Part shown: positions 7,222 to 15,023 of the stretch, one piece after another
Numbering within the stretch: position 1 is the first letter of the stretch
Layout of the letters: each line of letters starts with the position of its first letter
Origin: Nitrospinota bacterium
Lineage (GTDB): Bacteria > UBA8248
Direction of reading: 5' to 3'
Assembly: GCA_046581755.1 (NCBI GenBank)
Contig: JAYGFR010000096.1
Location: forward strand, 1 to 15,023
Length of the DNA stretch: 15,023 nt
The notes under the pieces: model-generated
Databases searched by the model: none
The model's input: only the letters and a program-made list of their open reading frames with translations
What the model was told of the DNA's origin: nothing
Translations under genes and position numbers: made by a program

Positions 7222-7605
7222 CTAGATTGGCCGGCTCACCTCGATGAGAAAGCCGTCCGGATCGCGCAACATAAAAAGCCGCACCCCCCAGGAGGCGTCG
7301 CGGGGCGGAAACACGATATCGGCTCCCCGGCGCGACAGCTCTTCATGGGCGGCGTCCACGTCTTTCGCCCGGAGCGTGACCACCACCCCGGCGCCAAGAG
7401 GCTCCCGGGGGGGATCGAGATTCCAGGCCCGCATCTCCTCGTCGGGGATGGGGGCGTGGACCACGAGAAACACCCCACCCACATCGTAGCGGACATGATC
7501 GGCGGTGACGCTCGCTTCTTTCAATCCCAGCGTTTCGGTATAGAATTTCCGTGACGTATCCAGGTTTCGGCCGATCAGAAATACGGTCGATAATTTTTCG
7601 AACAT
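7222..7605 (-). CDS. VOC (glyoxalase/bleomycin resistance) family protein
   Basis: NLDTSRKFYTETLGL, DVDAAHEEL..RG, PPRDASWG.R.F..RDPDG.LIE. AGGAG RBS upstream of ATG 7605 (alternative start 7635). Confidence 0.88.
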   Translation of the reverse strand: MFEKLSTVFLIGRNLDTSRKFYTETLGLKEASVTADHVRYDVGGVFLVVHAPIPDEEMRAWNLDPPREPLGAGVVVTLRAKDVDAAHEELSRRGADIVFPPRDASWGVRLFMLRDPDGFLIEVSRPI

Positions 7606-7705
7606 CGCGCGTTGCTCCTGCTCCGGGAGGGCCATCCCCCCGTCTAGGTCCTGATCCTGATGGAAGAGCGGGGCGTTCGCAACTTCGCGCCGCGCCGGAG
7701 AGTTT

Positions 7706-8392
7706 ATGAACGAAAACGCCCTGCGCCTTGAAGGAGTTTCGAAGACCTACCCGGGAGGACAGGCGAATGTAGCGGCGCTGTCCGGCATCGATCTCCGGGT
7801 CGAGAGCGGGGAGTTCTTGATCGTCACCGGTCCGAGCGGATGCGGCAAGAGCACGCTCCTCCATATCATGGGGGCGATGGACACTCCGACGAGCGGTCAT
7901 GTCTATCTTGGGGGGCGCGAACTCTCCTCCCTGGACGATGCGGCCCTGAGCCGGATTCGGCTCGAGGAGGTCGGCTTCGTCTACCAGTTCTTCAACCTCA
8001 TCCCGACGATGACAGCCCACGAAAACGTGGCACTCCCCCTCATTCTCCAGAAACGGTCGCGCTCCGAGGTCCGCTCCCGGGCGGCCGCGGCGCTCGAGCG
8101 CGTGGAGATGGGGCGCCGCCTGGATCATTTTCCCCATCAGCTTTCGGGCGGCGAGATGCAACGGGTTGCAATCGCCCGGGCGGTGGTCACACGCCCGCGG
8201 TTGATTCTCGCCGACGAGCCGACCGGCAACCTCGACTCCCATCTGGGGCGGGAGGTGCTCGAACTGCTGGCCGAGTTGCGCCGGGAGGAAGGGTTCACCA
8301 TCGTGGTCGCCACCCATTCGGAGATGCCCCGTGCGTTCGCCACCCGCGAAGTCCTTCTGCGCGACGGGCGCATCGCGGAGAAATTAGCGTGA
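7706..8392 (+). CDS. ABC transporter ATP-binding protein, LolD/MacB-like (AttE-like by context)
   Basis: Walker A GPSGCGKST, Q-loop FVYQFFNL, signature LSGGEMQR, Walker B/D-loop ILADEPTGNLD, H-loop ATH. GGAGAG RBS. Confidence 0.95.
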   Translation: MNENALRLEGVSKTYPGGQANVAALSGIDLRVESGEFLIVTGPSGCGKSTLLHIMGAMDTPTSGHVYLGGRELSSLDDAALSRIRLEEVGFVYQFFNLIPTMTAHENVALPLILQKRSRSEVRSRAAAALERVEMGRRLDHFPHQLSGGEMQRVAIARAVVTRPRLILADEPTGNLDSHLGREVLELLAELRREEGFTIVVATHSEMPRAFATREVLLRDGRIAEKLA

Positions 8393-10986
8393 GGTCTCCC
8401 GTCCTGGCGCTCCTCTCCCGTTTGGCCTGGCGGAGGCTTCGGGAGGAGCCGCTACGCCTGGCGCTCACCGTTTCGGGCGTCGCCCTCGGTGTGGCCGTCT
8501 ATCTCGCCATCCACCTCGCCAACGATTCGGCTGTCCGCGCCTTCCGGAACAGCCTGGACGCCATCGCGGGTAAATCCCATCTCCAGGTGGGCGCGGGCGA
8601 CGCGGGATTGCCGGAGGACCTGTTCCCCGCTATCCGGGACGCGCCTGGGATCAAGCACGCCACACCGATCATCCAGCAGAGCGCCTGGATTAGAAAATTC
8701 CGGCCCGGAACCGGCCGCTGGAAACGGGGAGGGGCTGGCCAGGGCCGGGCGGTCCTGGTCTTCGGCGTGGACCTCCTCGCCGATACATATTTCCGCTCCT
8801 CCGGCACCGAGGGGAACCCATCCCTGCTGGAGGTCCTCTCGCGCATCGCCGATCCGGAGGGTGTATTCCTCACGCGGACCCTCGCCGCGGATCTGGGCGT
8901 GAAAGAAGGGGACACCGTTGAGATCGATGCCGCCCGGCGGCTCCGCTTCTGGGTGCGGGGCATCATGAAGCCCACCGGACTGGGCGGCGCGATGGAGGGC
9001 CGGATCGCGGTGATGGACATCGGCGTGGCCCAGGAAGCCTTCGCCCGCTTGGGCAAGCTCGATCGGATCGATCTGATACTCGATGCGCCCGCCCGGATCG
9101 ATGAGGTGCAGCGCGCGATTCAATCCAAACTCCCCCCGGGAGCGCTTGTCGAGCGTCCGGCACGCCGTGGGAAGGACGTGGAGCGGATGCTCTACTCATT
9201 CCGGCTGAATCTGACGGTCCTCAGCCTCATCGCCCTGTTGGTGGGCTGTTTCCTCATCTTCAACGCCATGTCGGCCTCGGTCGTCCGCCGGAGGGCCGAG
9301 ATCGGCGTGTTTCGCTCCCTCGGCATGACGGCGCGGCAGGCGGCCGGCCTCATCGCGGCCGAAGCGGCCTTGATTGGGCTGGCGGGTTCGGCGGCGGGGG
9401 TGCTCCTGGGCCTTTTCCTGGCTCGGGGGGCGCTGAGCGCCGTCACGCGCACCATTCGCAACCTCTACACTTTCCTCCAAGTGAGCGATGTGGAGGCGGA
9501 CCCGGCAATGCTCGCCGTCGTTCTTCTCTCCGGAACGGGCGTTTCGGTCCTTGCCGGGTTAGGTCCGGCCCTGACCGCCTCGCGAATAAGCCCCGCCCGG
9601 ATCAGCCGCGAGAGAGAAGCCGTTCACGGGTTCAGCGCCTCGTTTCTGAGGGGAACGCTCGCGGCTGGAGCCCTCGCGGGCGTTGCGGCATTTTTTCTGA
9701 GCCGGCTTCCGGCCTGGAACCGGGTGCCGGTGTTCGGCTACATGGCGGCGCTCTTGGCCGTTGCCGCGATGGCGCTGTTCTGCCCGGCGGCCATCGGCGC
9801 CGGAACGGCCCTGCTCAAGCGGCTTCTCGGCGGCAACCTGACGGGCTGGCTGGCCGCTCACGGTCTCGGCCGGCATCCGGGTCGGAATGCGGTGACGGTT
9901 GCCTCCCTGGCGGCGGCGATGGCGATGCTCGTCAGCCTAGTGATCATGGTCGAGAGTTTCCGGGAGACGGTGGCCGTCTGGGCGGAGCAATCCCTCCGCG
10001 CGGACCTCTACGCCGCCCCGGCTTCGCGATTTATCAAGGGCTCGTCCGCGAGTTTTTCCGCCGATACGTTGAAGAAAGTGTCGAGGATGCCAGGAATCGC
10101 CGCGGTGGACGGCTACCGCATTCTCCGCCTCCGCTGGCGGGGGGAGCGGGCCGAATTCGGCGGGGCCGATTTCGAGGTGGCGGGAAAGCGAAGCCGCCTG
10201 CCTTTTATCGAGGGGGCTGCGGCGGAGGTGATGGCGGGCGCCAAGGCGCGCGGCGAGGCGGTTGTCACAGAGACCTTTTCTCTGCGGTTCGGGGTGAAAA
10301 AGGGGGACGTGCTTCGCCTGCCCACCCCGGGAGGGGCGGTCTCGATTCGGATCGCGGGGATTTATTACGACTACTCGGCAGAGGGGGGGCGGCTGTTGGT
10401 GGACAGGGCTCTCTTCAGACGGATATGGAAAGATGACCGCCTGAGTTCGATGGCGATTTATCTGAAAAAGGGCACTGATCGCGTGGCGGCGTGGCGGCGG
10501 ATCGAAGGAGTCCTCGATGGCGGGATGACCCTAATATCGAATTGGGGGCTCCGGCGGCGGGTGATGGATGTCTTCGATCAGACTTTCGCAATCACCTACG
10601 CCCTTGAGGCAATTGCGGTCCTCGTCGCCGTCCTGGGCATCGCGATGGGGCTGAGTTCGAACATTCTCGAGCGGCGGCGTGAGGTGGGCGCCCTGCGCGC
10701 CCTCGGACTGACCCGGCGCGGGATGGCGGCGGCCGTGATGGGGGAGGCGGGCCTGCTGGGCCTCCTGTCGGCAGCGCTGGCCTCCGGTGCGGGCGCCGGG
10801 CTGGGAGCGATTCTGGTGTTCGTCATCAACAAGCAAAGCTTCGGCTGGACGATCCGCTTTGGAATCCCGTTCGGAACCCTGGCCGTCTATCTTTTCGTCG
10901 CGGTATTCGCGGCCTTTGCCGCCGGGTGGCTGCCCGCCCGGGCGGCCGCGCGGATTCCCATCTCGGAGGCGGTGCGCGAGGAATGA
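8389..10986 (+). CDS. ABC transporter permease with two MacB-periplasmic/FtsX repeats (AttF/AttG fused type)
   Basis: 865 aa from GTG 8389, overlapping the ATPase stop as GTGA. LTVSGVALGVAV, RRRAEIGVFRSLG and second repeat ERRREVGALRALG; VINKQSFGWTI; multiple hydrophobic segments. Confidence 0.92.
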   Translation: MRSPVLALLSRLAWRRLREEPLRLALTVSGVALGVAVYLAIHLANDSAVRAFRNSLDAIAGKSHLQVGAGDAGLPEDLFPAIRDAPGIKHATPIIQQSAWIRKFRPGTGRWKRGGAGQGRAVLVFGVDLLADTYFRSSGTEGNPSLLEVLSRIADPEGVFLTRTLAADLGVKEGDTVEIDAARRLRFWVRGIMKPTGLGGAMEGRIAVMDIGVAQEAFARLGKLDRIDLILDAPARIDEVQRAIQSKLPPGALVERPARRGKDVERMLYSFRLNLTVLSLIALLVGCFLIFNAMSASVVRRRAEIGVFRSLGMTARQAAGLIAAEAALIGLAGSAAGVLLGLFLARGALSAVTRTIRNLYTFLQVSDVEADPAMLAVVLLSGTGVSVLAGLGPALTASRISPARISREREAVHGFSASFLRGTLAAGALAGVAAFFLSRLPAWNRVPVFGYMAALLAVAAMALFCPAAIGAGTALLKRLLGGNLTGWLAAHGLGRHPGRNAVTVASLAAAMAMLVSLVIMVESFRETVAVWAEQSLRADLYAAPASRFIKGSSASFSADTLKKVSRMPGIAAVDGYRILRLRWRGERAEFGGADFEVAGKRSRLPFIEGAAAEVMAGAKARGEAVVTETFSLRFGVKKGDVLRLPTPGGAVSIRIAGIYYDYSAEGGRLLVDRALFRRIWKDDRLSSMAIYLKKGTDRVAAWRRIEGVLDGGMTLISNWGLRRRVMDVFDQTFAITYALEAIAVLVAVLGIAMGLSSNILERRREVGALRALGLTRRGMAAAVMGEAGLLGLLSAALASGAGAGLGAILVFVINKQSFGWTIRFGIPFGTLAVYLFVAVFAAFAAGWLPARAAARIPISEAVREE

Positions 10987-12125
10987 GAATGAAAACAATT
11001 TGGGCGGCCCTCCTCCTGACCGCTTGGGCGGCGGTCCCTTCGTTGGCGGGAGCTGCCTCCGGAAGCTCTTCCGCGAAGTGGCGGCCCGCCCTGCCGGGCT
11101 ACCGCTACCGTTTTCCCCACGACCACGGGGCGCACGCCGCTTTCCGGACGGAGTGGTGGTATTTTTCGGGAAACCTGACTTCGAATTCGGGGGATCGCTA
11201 CGCCTTCATGCTCGCCTTTTTCCGGTCCGGCCTCCGCCCTCCCTCTGCCCGGCGAAGGCCCCGAAAGAGCCGCTGGGCGCTGGAGAATCTCTATTTCGCC
11301 CATCTGGCGGTTCTCGACGTCAAGAGGGGGCGCCACCGCTACTTCGAGCGCATGAGCCGAGGGGCGCTGGAGGAGGCGGGCGCCTGGCGGGGTCGGCTCG
11401 GTGTCTGGCTCCGGAACTGGCGCGCCGGGGAGGAGATAAAAGGCGGAGTGCGCGCCATGAACCTTTCGGCGGAGGCCAAGGGGGTCAAGCTCTCACTCCG
11501 CTTGGTGCCCCGAAAACCTCCTGCCGTTCACGGCAGGGGCGGAATTAGCCAAAAGGCAGACGGCGCGGGCCGCGCTTCCCACTATTATTCATTCACGAGG
11601 CTGACGGCCCGGGGAGAACTCCGCCTGGACGGGAGGCGGCTTCTGGTTTCTGGAATCGCATGGATGGACCATGAATTCGGCTCGAACCAACTGGCCGAGG
11701 ACCAAATCGGATGGGACTGGCTGGGACTTCAACTTTCCGATGGCCGCGAGCTCATGCTCTACCTGATGAGGAAAAAAGGAGGCGGCTATGACCGGAACAG
11801 CAGCGGCACCCTCATCGAGGCGGACGGGTCGATGCGCTATCTTCCCCTTCGCGCCTATCGTTTCGAGCCGGCTGGGCGATGGCGCAGCTCCCGGTCGGGC
11901 GCGCGCTACCCGATGGGGTGGCGGGTCAGCGTCCCCGGTGAGGGCATCGATATCCGTGTGCGCGCGCTGGCGAAGGACCAGGAGCTCGTGACCGAGGGAA
12001 GCACGCGCGTGACCTACTGGGAGGGAGCCGTTCAGGCCGAGGGCCACTCCAAGGGCAAGCCCGTGAGCGGTGTGGGTTTCGTGGAGATGACCGGCTACGC
12101 AGAAGGCGCCCGGCCCAGGTTTTGA
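10983..12125 (+). CDS. Secreted AttH / CrtC-like lipocalin-fold protein (COG5621-like)
   Basis: Signal-peptide-like N-terminus MRMKTIWAALLLTAWAAVPSLAGA; FPHDHGAH...EWWY, SHYYS, AWMDHEFGS, WDWLGLQL.DG, YWEG, GFVEMTGY. ATGA overlap with the permease stop. Confidence 0.9.
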   Translation: MRMKTIWAALLLTAWAAVPSLAGAASGSSSAKWRPALPGYRYRFPHDHGAHAAFRTEWWYFSGNLTSNSGDRYAFMLAFFRSGLRPPSARRRPRKSRWALENLYFAHLAVLDVKRGRHRYFERMSRGALEEAGAWRGRLGVWLRNWRAGEEIKGGVRAMNLSAEAKGVKLSLRLVPRKPPAVHGRGGISQKADGAGRASHYYSFTRLTARGELRLDGRRLLVSGIAWMDHEFGSNQLAEDQIGWDWLGLQLSDGRELMLYLMRKKGGGYDRNSSGTLIEADGSMRYLPLRAYRFEPAGRWRSSRSGARYPMGWRVSVPGEGIDIRVRALAKDQELVTEGSTRVTYWEGAVQAEGHSKGKPVSGVGFVEMTGYAEGARPRF

Positions 12126-12150
12126 CAAGCGGCGGCTTCCTATCTAAAAG
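12122..12150 (+). promoter_or_regulatory. Possible internal promoter for the dehydrogenase-rhodanese pair
   Basis: Consensus TTGACA (12122-12127) overlapping the attH-like stop codon, 17-nt spacer, weak -10 TAAAAG (12145-12150). Confidence 0.3.
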
Positions 12151-12195
12151 GGCATACCTGCGGAGAGAATTTTTCGACATCATTCGGAGGGAGAA

Positions 12196-13107
12196 ATGGG
12201 AGAGATAATTGGCCTGATCGGAGTGGGCCTGATGGGCAGTGCCATGAGCGGGCAGTTCATCGAGGCGGGTTACGAAGTGCAGGGCTACGATATCGACGCC
12301 CGGCGCCTGAACGAACTCGAAGAATGCGGCGGAAGGGCGGTCTCCTCGCCGGGGGCGGCGGCCGAGGGGGCTGGGCAGGTGGTTCTCTCCCTGATGACGA
12401 GCGACGTCATCCGGGAAGTGTGCTTCGGTCCCGGCGGCCTGACCGAGGCGAAGCCGGAAGGCCTCCTCGTCATCGACACCTCGACCTCCCGGCCCGAGGA
12501 TTCGATCGCCAACGCCGCCGATCTCCGCGAGTGGGGGATCGCTTTCGTCGATGCCAGCCTGAGCGGGTCGAGCCCGATGATCCGGACAAAAAACATCGTC
12601 GCCATGGTCGGCGGCGAGAAGGCCGACTTCGAACGCGCCAGGCCCCTCCTCGATACGATTGCCCGCTCAGTCTATCATCTGGGCCCGAATGGGGCGGGCG
12701 CGCGGACCAAGCTCATCGTCAACCTCATCCTCGGCCTCAATCGTGTGGCCGTGGCCGAGGGCCTTTGTCTCGGCATGAAGTCTGGCATGGACATGGAAAT
12801 CCTTCTCACTGTCCTCAAGGACAGTTTCGCCTACAGCAAGGCGATGGAGAACCGGGGGGAGCGGATGATCAAGGCGGACTACGATAATCCGATGTCGCGG
12901 CTCTTCCAGCATCACAAGGATGTCGGCCTCATGCTGGAGCAGGGCCAGAATCTGGGTTCTCCCATGCCGCTGACCTCCGCCCTCAAGCAAATTCTCGTCT
13001 CCGCCGAAGCGAACGGCCAGAGAGATTGGGACACGTCCTCCATCATCGAGGTTTTTCGCCGTGGGGCGGGGATCCCTTCGCGCCAGCCTCCGGGCGGCGA
13101 AGCATAG
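12196..13107 (+). CDS. NAD(P)-dependent beta-hydroxyacid dehydrogenase (3-hydroxyisobutyrate dehydrogenase / tartronate semialdehyde reductase family)
   Basis: IGLIGVGLMG Rossmann motif, IDTST, DASLSGS, GARTKLIVN (catalytic Lys), C-terminal KD. Strong RBS GGAGGGAG. Confidence 0.92.
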   Translation: MGEIIGLIGVGLMGSAMSGQFIEAGYEVQGYDIDARRLNELEECGGRAVSSPGAAAEGAGQVVLSLMTSDVIREVCFGPGGLTEAKPEGLLVIDTSTSRPEDSIANAADLREWGIAFVDASLSGSSPMIRTKNIVAMVGGEKADFERARPLLDTIARSVYHLGPNGAGARTKLIVNLILGLNRVAVAEGLCLGMKSGMDMEILLTVLKDSFAYSKAMENRGERMIKADYDNPMSRLFQHHKDVGLMLEQGQNLGSPMPLTSALKQILVSAEANGQRDWDTSSIIEVFRRGAGIPSRQPPGGEA

Positions 13108-13117
13108 GAGCCGAATC

Positions 13118-14707
13118 ATGACCCAGTACAGCTCGCCCGAAACGCTCAAGGCCTGGAGGGAGGGGACGGCACCTTACGCGGCGATCGATGTCCGCGAGCC
13201 GATGGAGTTCAACAAAGAACAAATCTACCGAACGACGAACCTACCGCGGGGCTGGCTCGAGTTCCGCATCGAGGTCCTTGTTCCGGTGAAGGACACCCCC
13301 CTGGCGCTGGTGGACGGCGGGGAGGGGCGGGCGGAGCGGTGCGCGGAAACGCTGGCCCATCAAGGATATTCGCGAACGGCCGTTCTGCAGGGCGGAATTC
13401 CCGCCTGGAAGGAGGCCGGCCTTCCCACGGTGAGCGGGACGAACGTTCCGAGCAAGGAATTCGGCGAGGAAATTCTGCACGAAGACCGCATTCCCGAGAT
13501 CGAGGCCCAAGAGCTCAACGCGTTGATCGAAGGTGGCGGGCCGCTCCGCATCTTCGATTCCAGAACTGAGGCCGAATACGAGCGATTCTCGATTCCAACC
13601 GGGGTGAGCCTTCCCGGCGGAGAGTTAATTCTCCACGCGTGGGACATGGACCAGGACAAATCCTCACCCCTCATCATCAACTGCGCGGGCCGCACGCGGA
13701 GCATCATCGGTGCGGGCGCGCTGCACCGGCTGGGTGTGACGAACGCCCGCGCCCTGCGGAACGGGGGGATGGGATTCATACTGGCCGGACTGTCCCTCGA
13801 CCACGGAAAAAAGAGTGAGATTCCCCAGCCCTCCGGGCGCAGCCGGGCGCACGGGGAAAAGCTGGCCGCCCGCCTCGCTGAGGAGGAGGAGATCCCCTCC
13901 CTGTCGCCGGATGAATTGCGCGCGCTCCAGGAAAAATTCGGAAGGGAGACGCTCTACCTTCTCGATGTCCGCCTGGCCCCGGAGTTCCGGAAAGGACATA
14001 TTCCGGGCGCTATCTCGATTCCGGGTGGCCAGGCCGTCCAGCGGACCGACGAGGTCGCCGCCGTCCGCGCGGGCACCATCGTGACCTATTGCGACGCCAA
14101 TGCGCGGGCCACGATGGCGGCCTACTGGCTCCGGCGAATGGGGCTTCCAAACGTCTATTTCCTGCGCGGCGGCATCGCGGCCTGGGATGCGGCGGGGCTG
14201 TCCTCGGAAACCTCCAGCGCCCCGGCGGACGGCGAAAGCCCCTCTGCCGGCGGAGCGCCGCTCGGCCTGGAGGAGGCGCAGCGGTCGGTGCGCGGGGTTT
14301 CGCCCGGGGAGGCCTCCGGGATGGCGAACGGCGGGGCCGCCGTTCTCGACGTCGATCTGTCCCCGGCCTTCCGGACCGGGCACATCCCGGGCTCGCGCTG
14401 GGTTTCGCGCGCATGGCTCGAGGAGCGCGCCCCCGGGCTTTGCCCGGACCGGCCGGGGGAGGTTCTCATCGTCTGCGAAGACGGCGCCCGCTCGGCGCTC
14501 TCGGCCGCGGCGCTCGCCGGGGAAGGCTATGCGAATGCCGCCTTCATCGAGGGTGGAAAGCGGGCATGGCGGGAGGCGGGCCTTCCGCTGGAAGAAGGAG
14601 AGGAGGGTTTTGAAGGCCCCGTGCTCGACGTGGCGCTCAAACCTTACGACATCGGCCCCCAGGCCATGCAGGATTATCTCGATTGGGAAGAAAAGCTGGG
14701 AAAGTAG
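13118..14707 (+). CDS. Four-domain rhodanese-like sulfurtransferase
   Basis: 529 aa from ATG 13118 (AGGAG RBS). Four repeats starting IDVRE, FDSRT, LDVRL, LDVDL; GHIPG and GG..AW motifs; loop NCAGRTRS in domain 2; C-terminal AMQDYLDWE. Confidence 0.9.
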   Translation: MTQYSSPETLKAWREGTAPYAAIDVREPMEFNKEQIYRTTNLPRGWLEFRIEVLVPVKDTPLALVDGGEGRAERCAETLAHQGYSRTAVLQGGIPAWKEAGLPTVSGTNVPSKEFGEEILHEDRIPEIEAQELNALIEGGGPLRIFDSRTEAEYERFSIPTGVSLPGGELILHAWDMDQDKSSPLIINCAGRTRSIIGAGALHRLGVTNARALRNGGMGFILAGLSLDHGKKSEIPQPSGRSRAHGEKLAARLAEEEEIPSLSPDELRALQEKFGRETLYLLDVRLAPEFRKGHIPGAISIPGGQAVQRTDEVAAVRAGTIVTYCDANARATMAAYWLRRMGLPNVYFLRGGIAAWDAAGLSSETSSAPADGESPSAGGAPLGLEEAQRSVRGVSPGEASGMANGGAAVLDVDLSPAFRTGHIPGSRWVSRAWLEERAPGLCPDRPGEVLIVCEDGARSALSAAALAGEGYANAAFIEGGKRAWREAGLPLEEGEEGFEGPVLDVALKPYDIGPQAMQDYLDWEEKLGK

Positions 14708-15023
14708 CCGGAGAAAATATTTCCCTCGCTCAGGGAACAACTTCCCCTGGCCCCCATTCCAGCTTGCAGACCCCCCGGCGGGGCCTCGTCTAAATCTTGG
14801 TGCGGTGGTAGATATCGAGACCATTGACTTGAGGCTCCCATTTGGCCCCGCGCCCGGGGCTGAATATGTAAAGATCTGATATAAAACGTATTACAGTTGA
14901 ATAGATGCGTCTGATCGGTGCTGCCATTGTTTTATTGTCCGGCCGATTCATGAATTTTCTGGTCAAGTCGATCTATTTTGCCGAAAATGGAAAGGCCCTT
15001 GATTCTGGAGATAGAATCATCGC

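Noticed and set aside
7840..8388. N-terminal 183 aa of the 1048-aa ORF (apparent extension or fusion)
   Set aside because: Alternate frame of the ATPase gene; the GTGA overlap at 8389 gives a natural start, and no slippery site is needed.
10983..12125. Calling this gene crtC (carotenoid 1,2-hydratase)
   Set aside because: Signal peptide, ABC-operon context and absence of crt genes in the window favour AttH-like.
14721..14860. Short hairpins after the rhodanese gene (TTCCCT/AGGGAA 14721-14737; GCCCCG/CGGGGC 14845-14860)
   Set aside because: 6-bp stems without a convincing U-tract; insufficient for a terminator call.
13664..14879. Long overlapping ORFs (386 aa minus, 259 aa plus)
   Set aside because: Shadow frames of the rhodanese gene, with no motifs.

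Overview
GC-rich bacterial chromosomal window, almost entirely protein-coding. No tRNA, rRNA, CRISPR array or recognisable transposase was seen. Gene order: a possible partial minus-strand ORF at the left edge; class I SAM-dependent methyltransferase (+); M24 (Xaa-Pro peptidase/creatinase-fold) metallohydrolase (-); HD-domain protein (+); 2-oxoacid:ferredoxin oxidoreductase alpha and beta subunits (+) followed by an intrinsic terminator; MshB/Mca-like PIG-L deacetylase (+); VOC-fold protein (-); a translationally coupled AttE/AttFG/AttH-like operon (LolD-like ATPase, double-FtsX permease, secreted CrtC/lipocalin-like protein) (+); beta-hydroxyacid dehydrogenase (+); four-domain rhodanese (+). 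The best leads are (i) a ~110-nt nested inverted-repeat element at 305-422 containing a 16-aa Pro-Pro-Pro mini-ORF and mutually exclusive stems, ahead of the methyltransferase; (ii) the Att-type ABC plus lipocalin-like module of unknown cargo; (iii) several enzymes with non-canonical active-site residues. All family calls come from motif recognition by eye; no searches were run.
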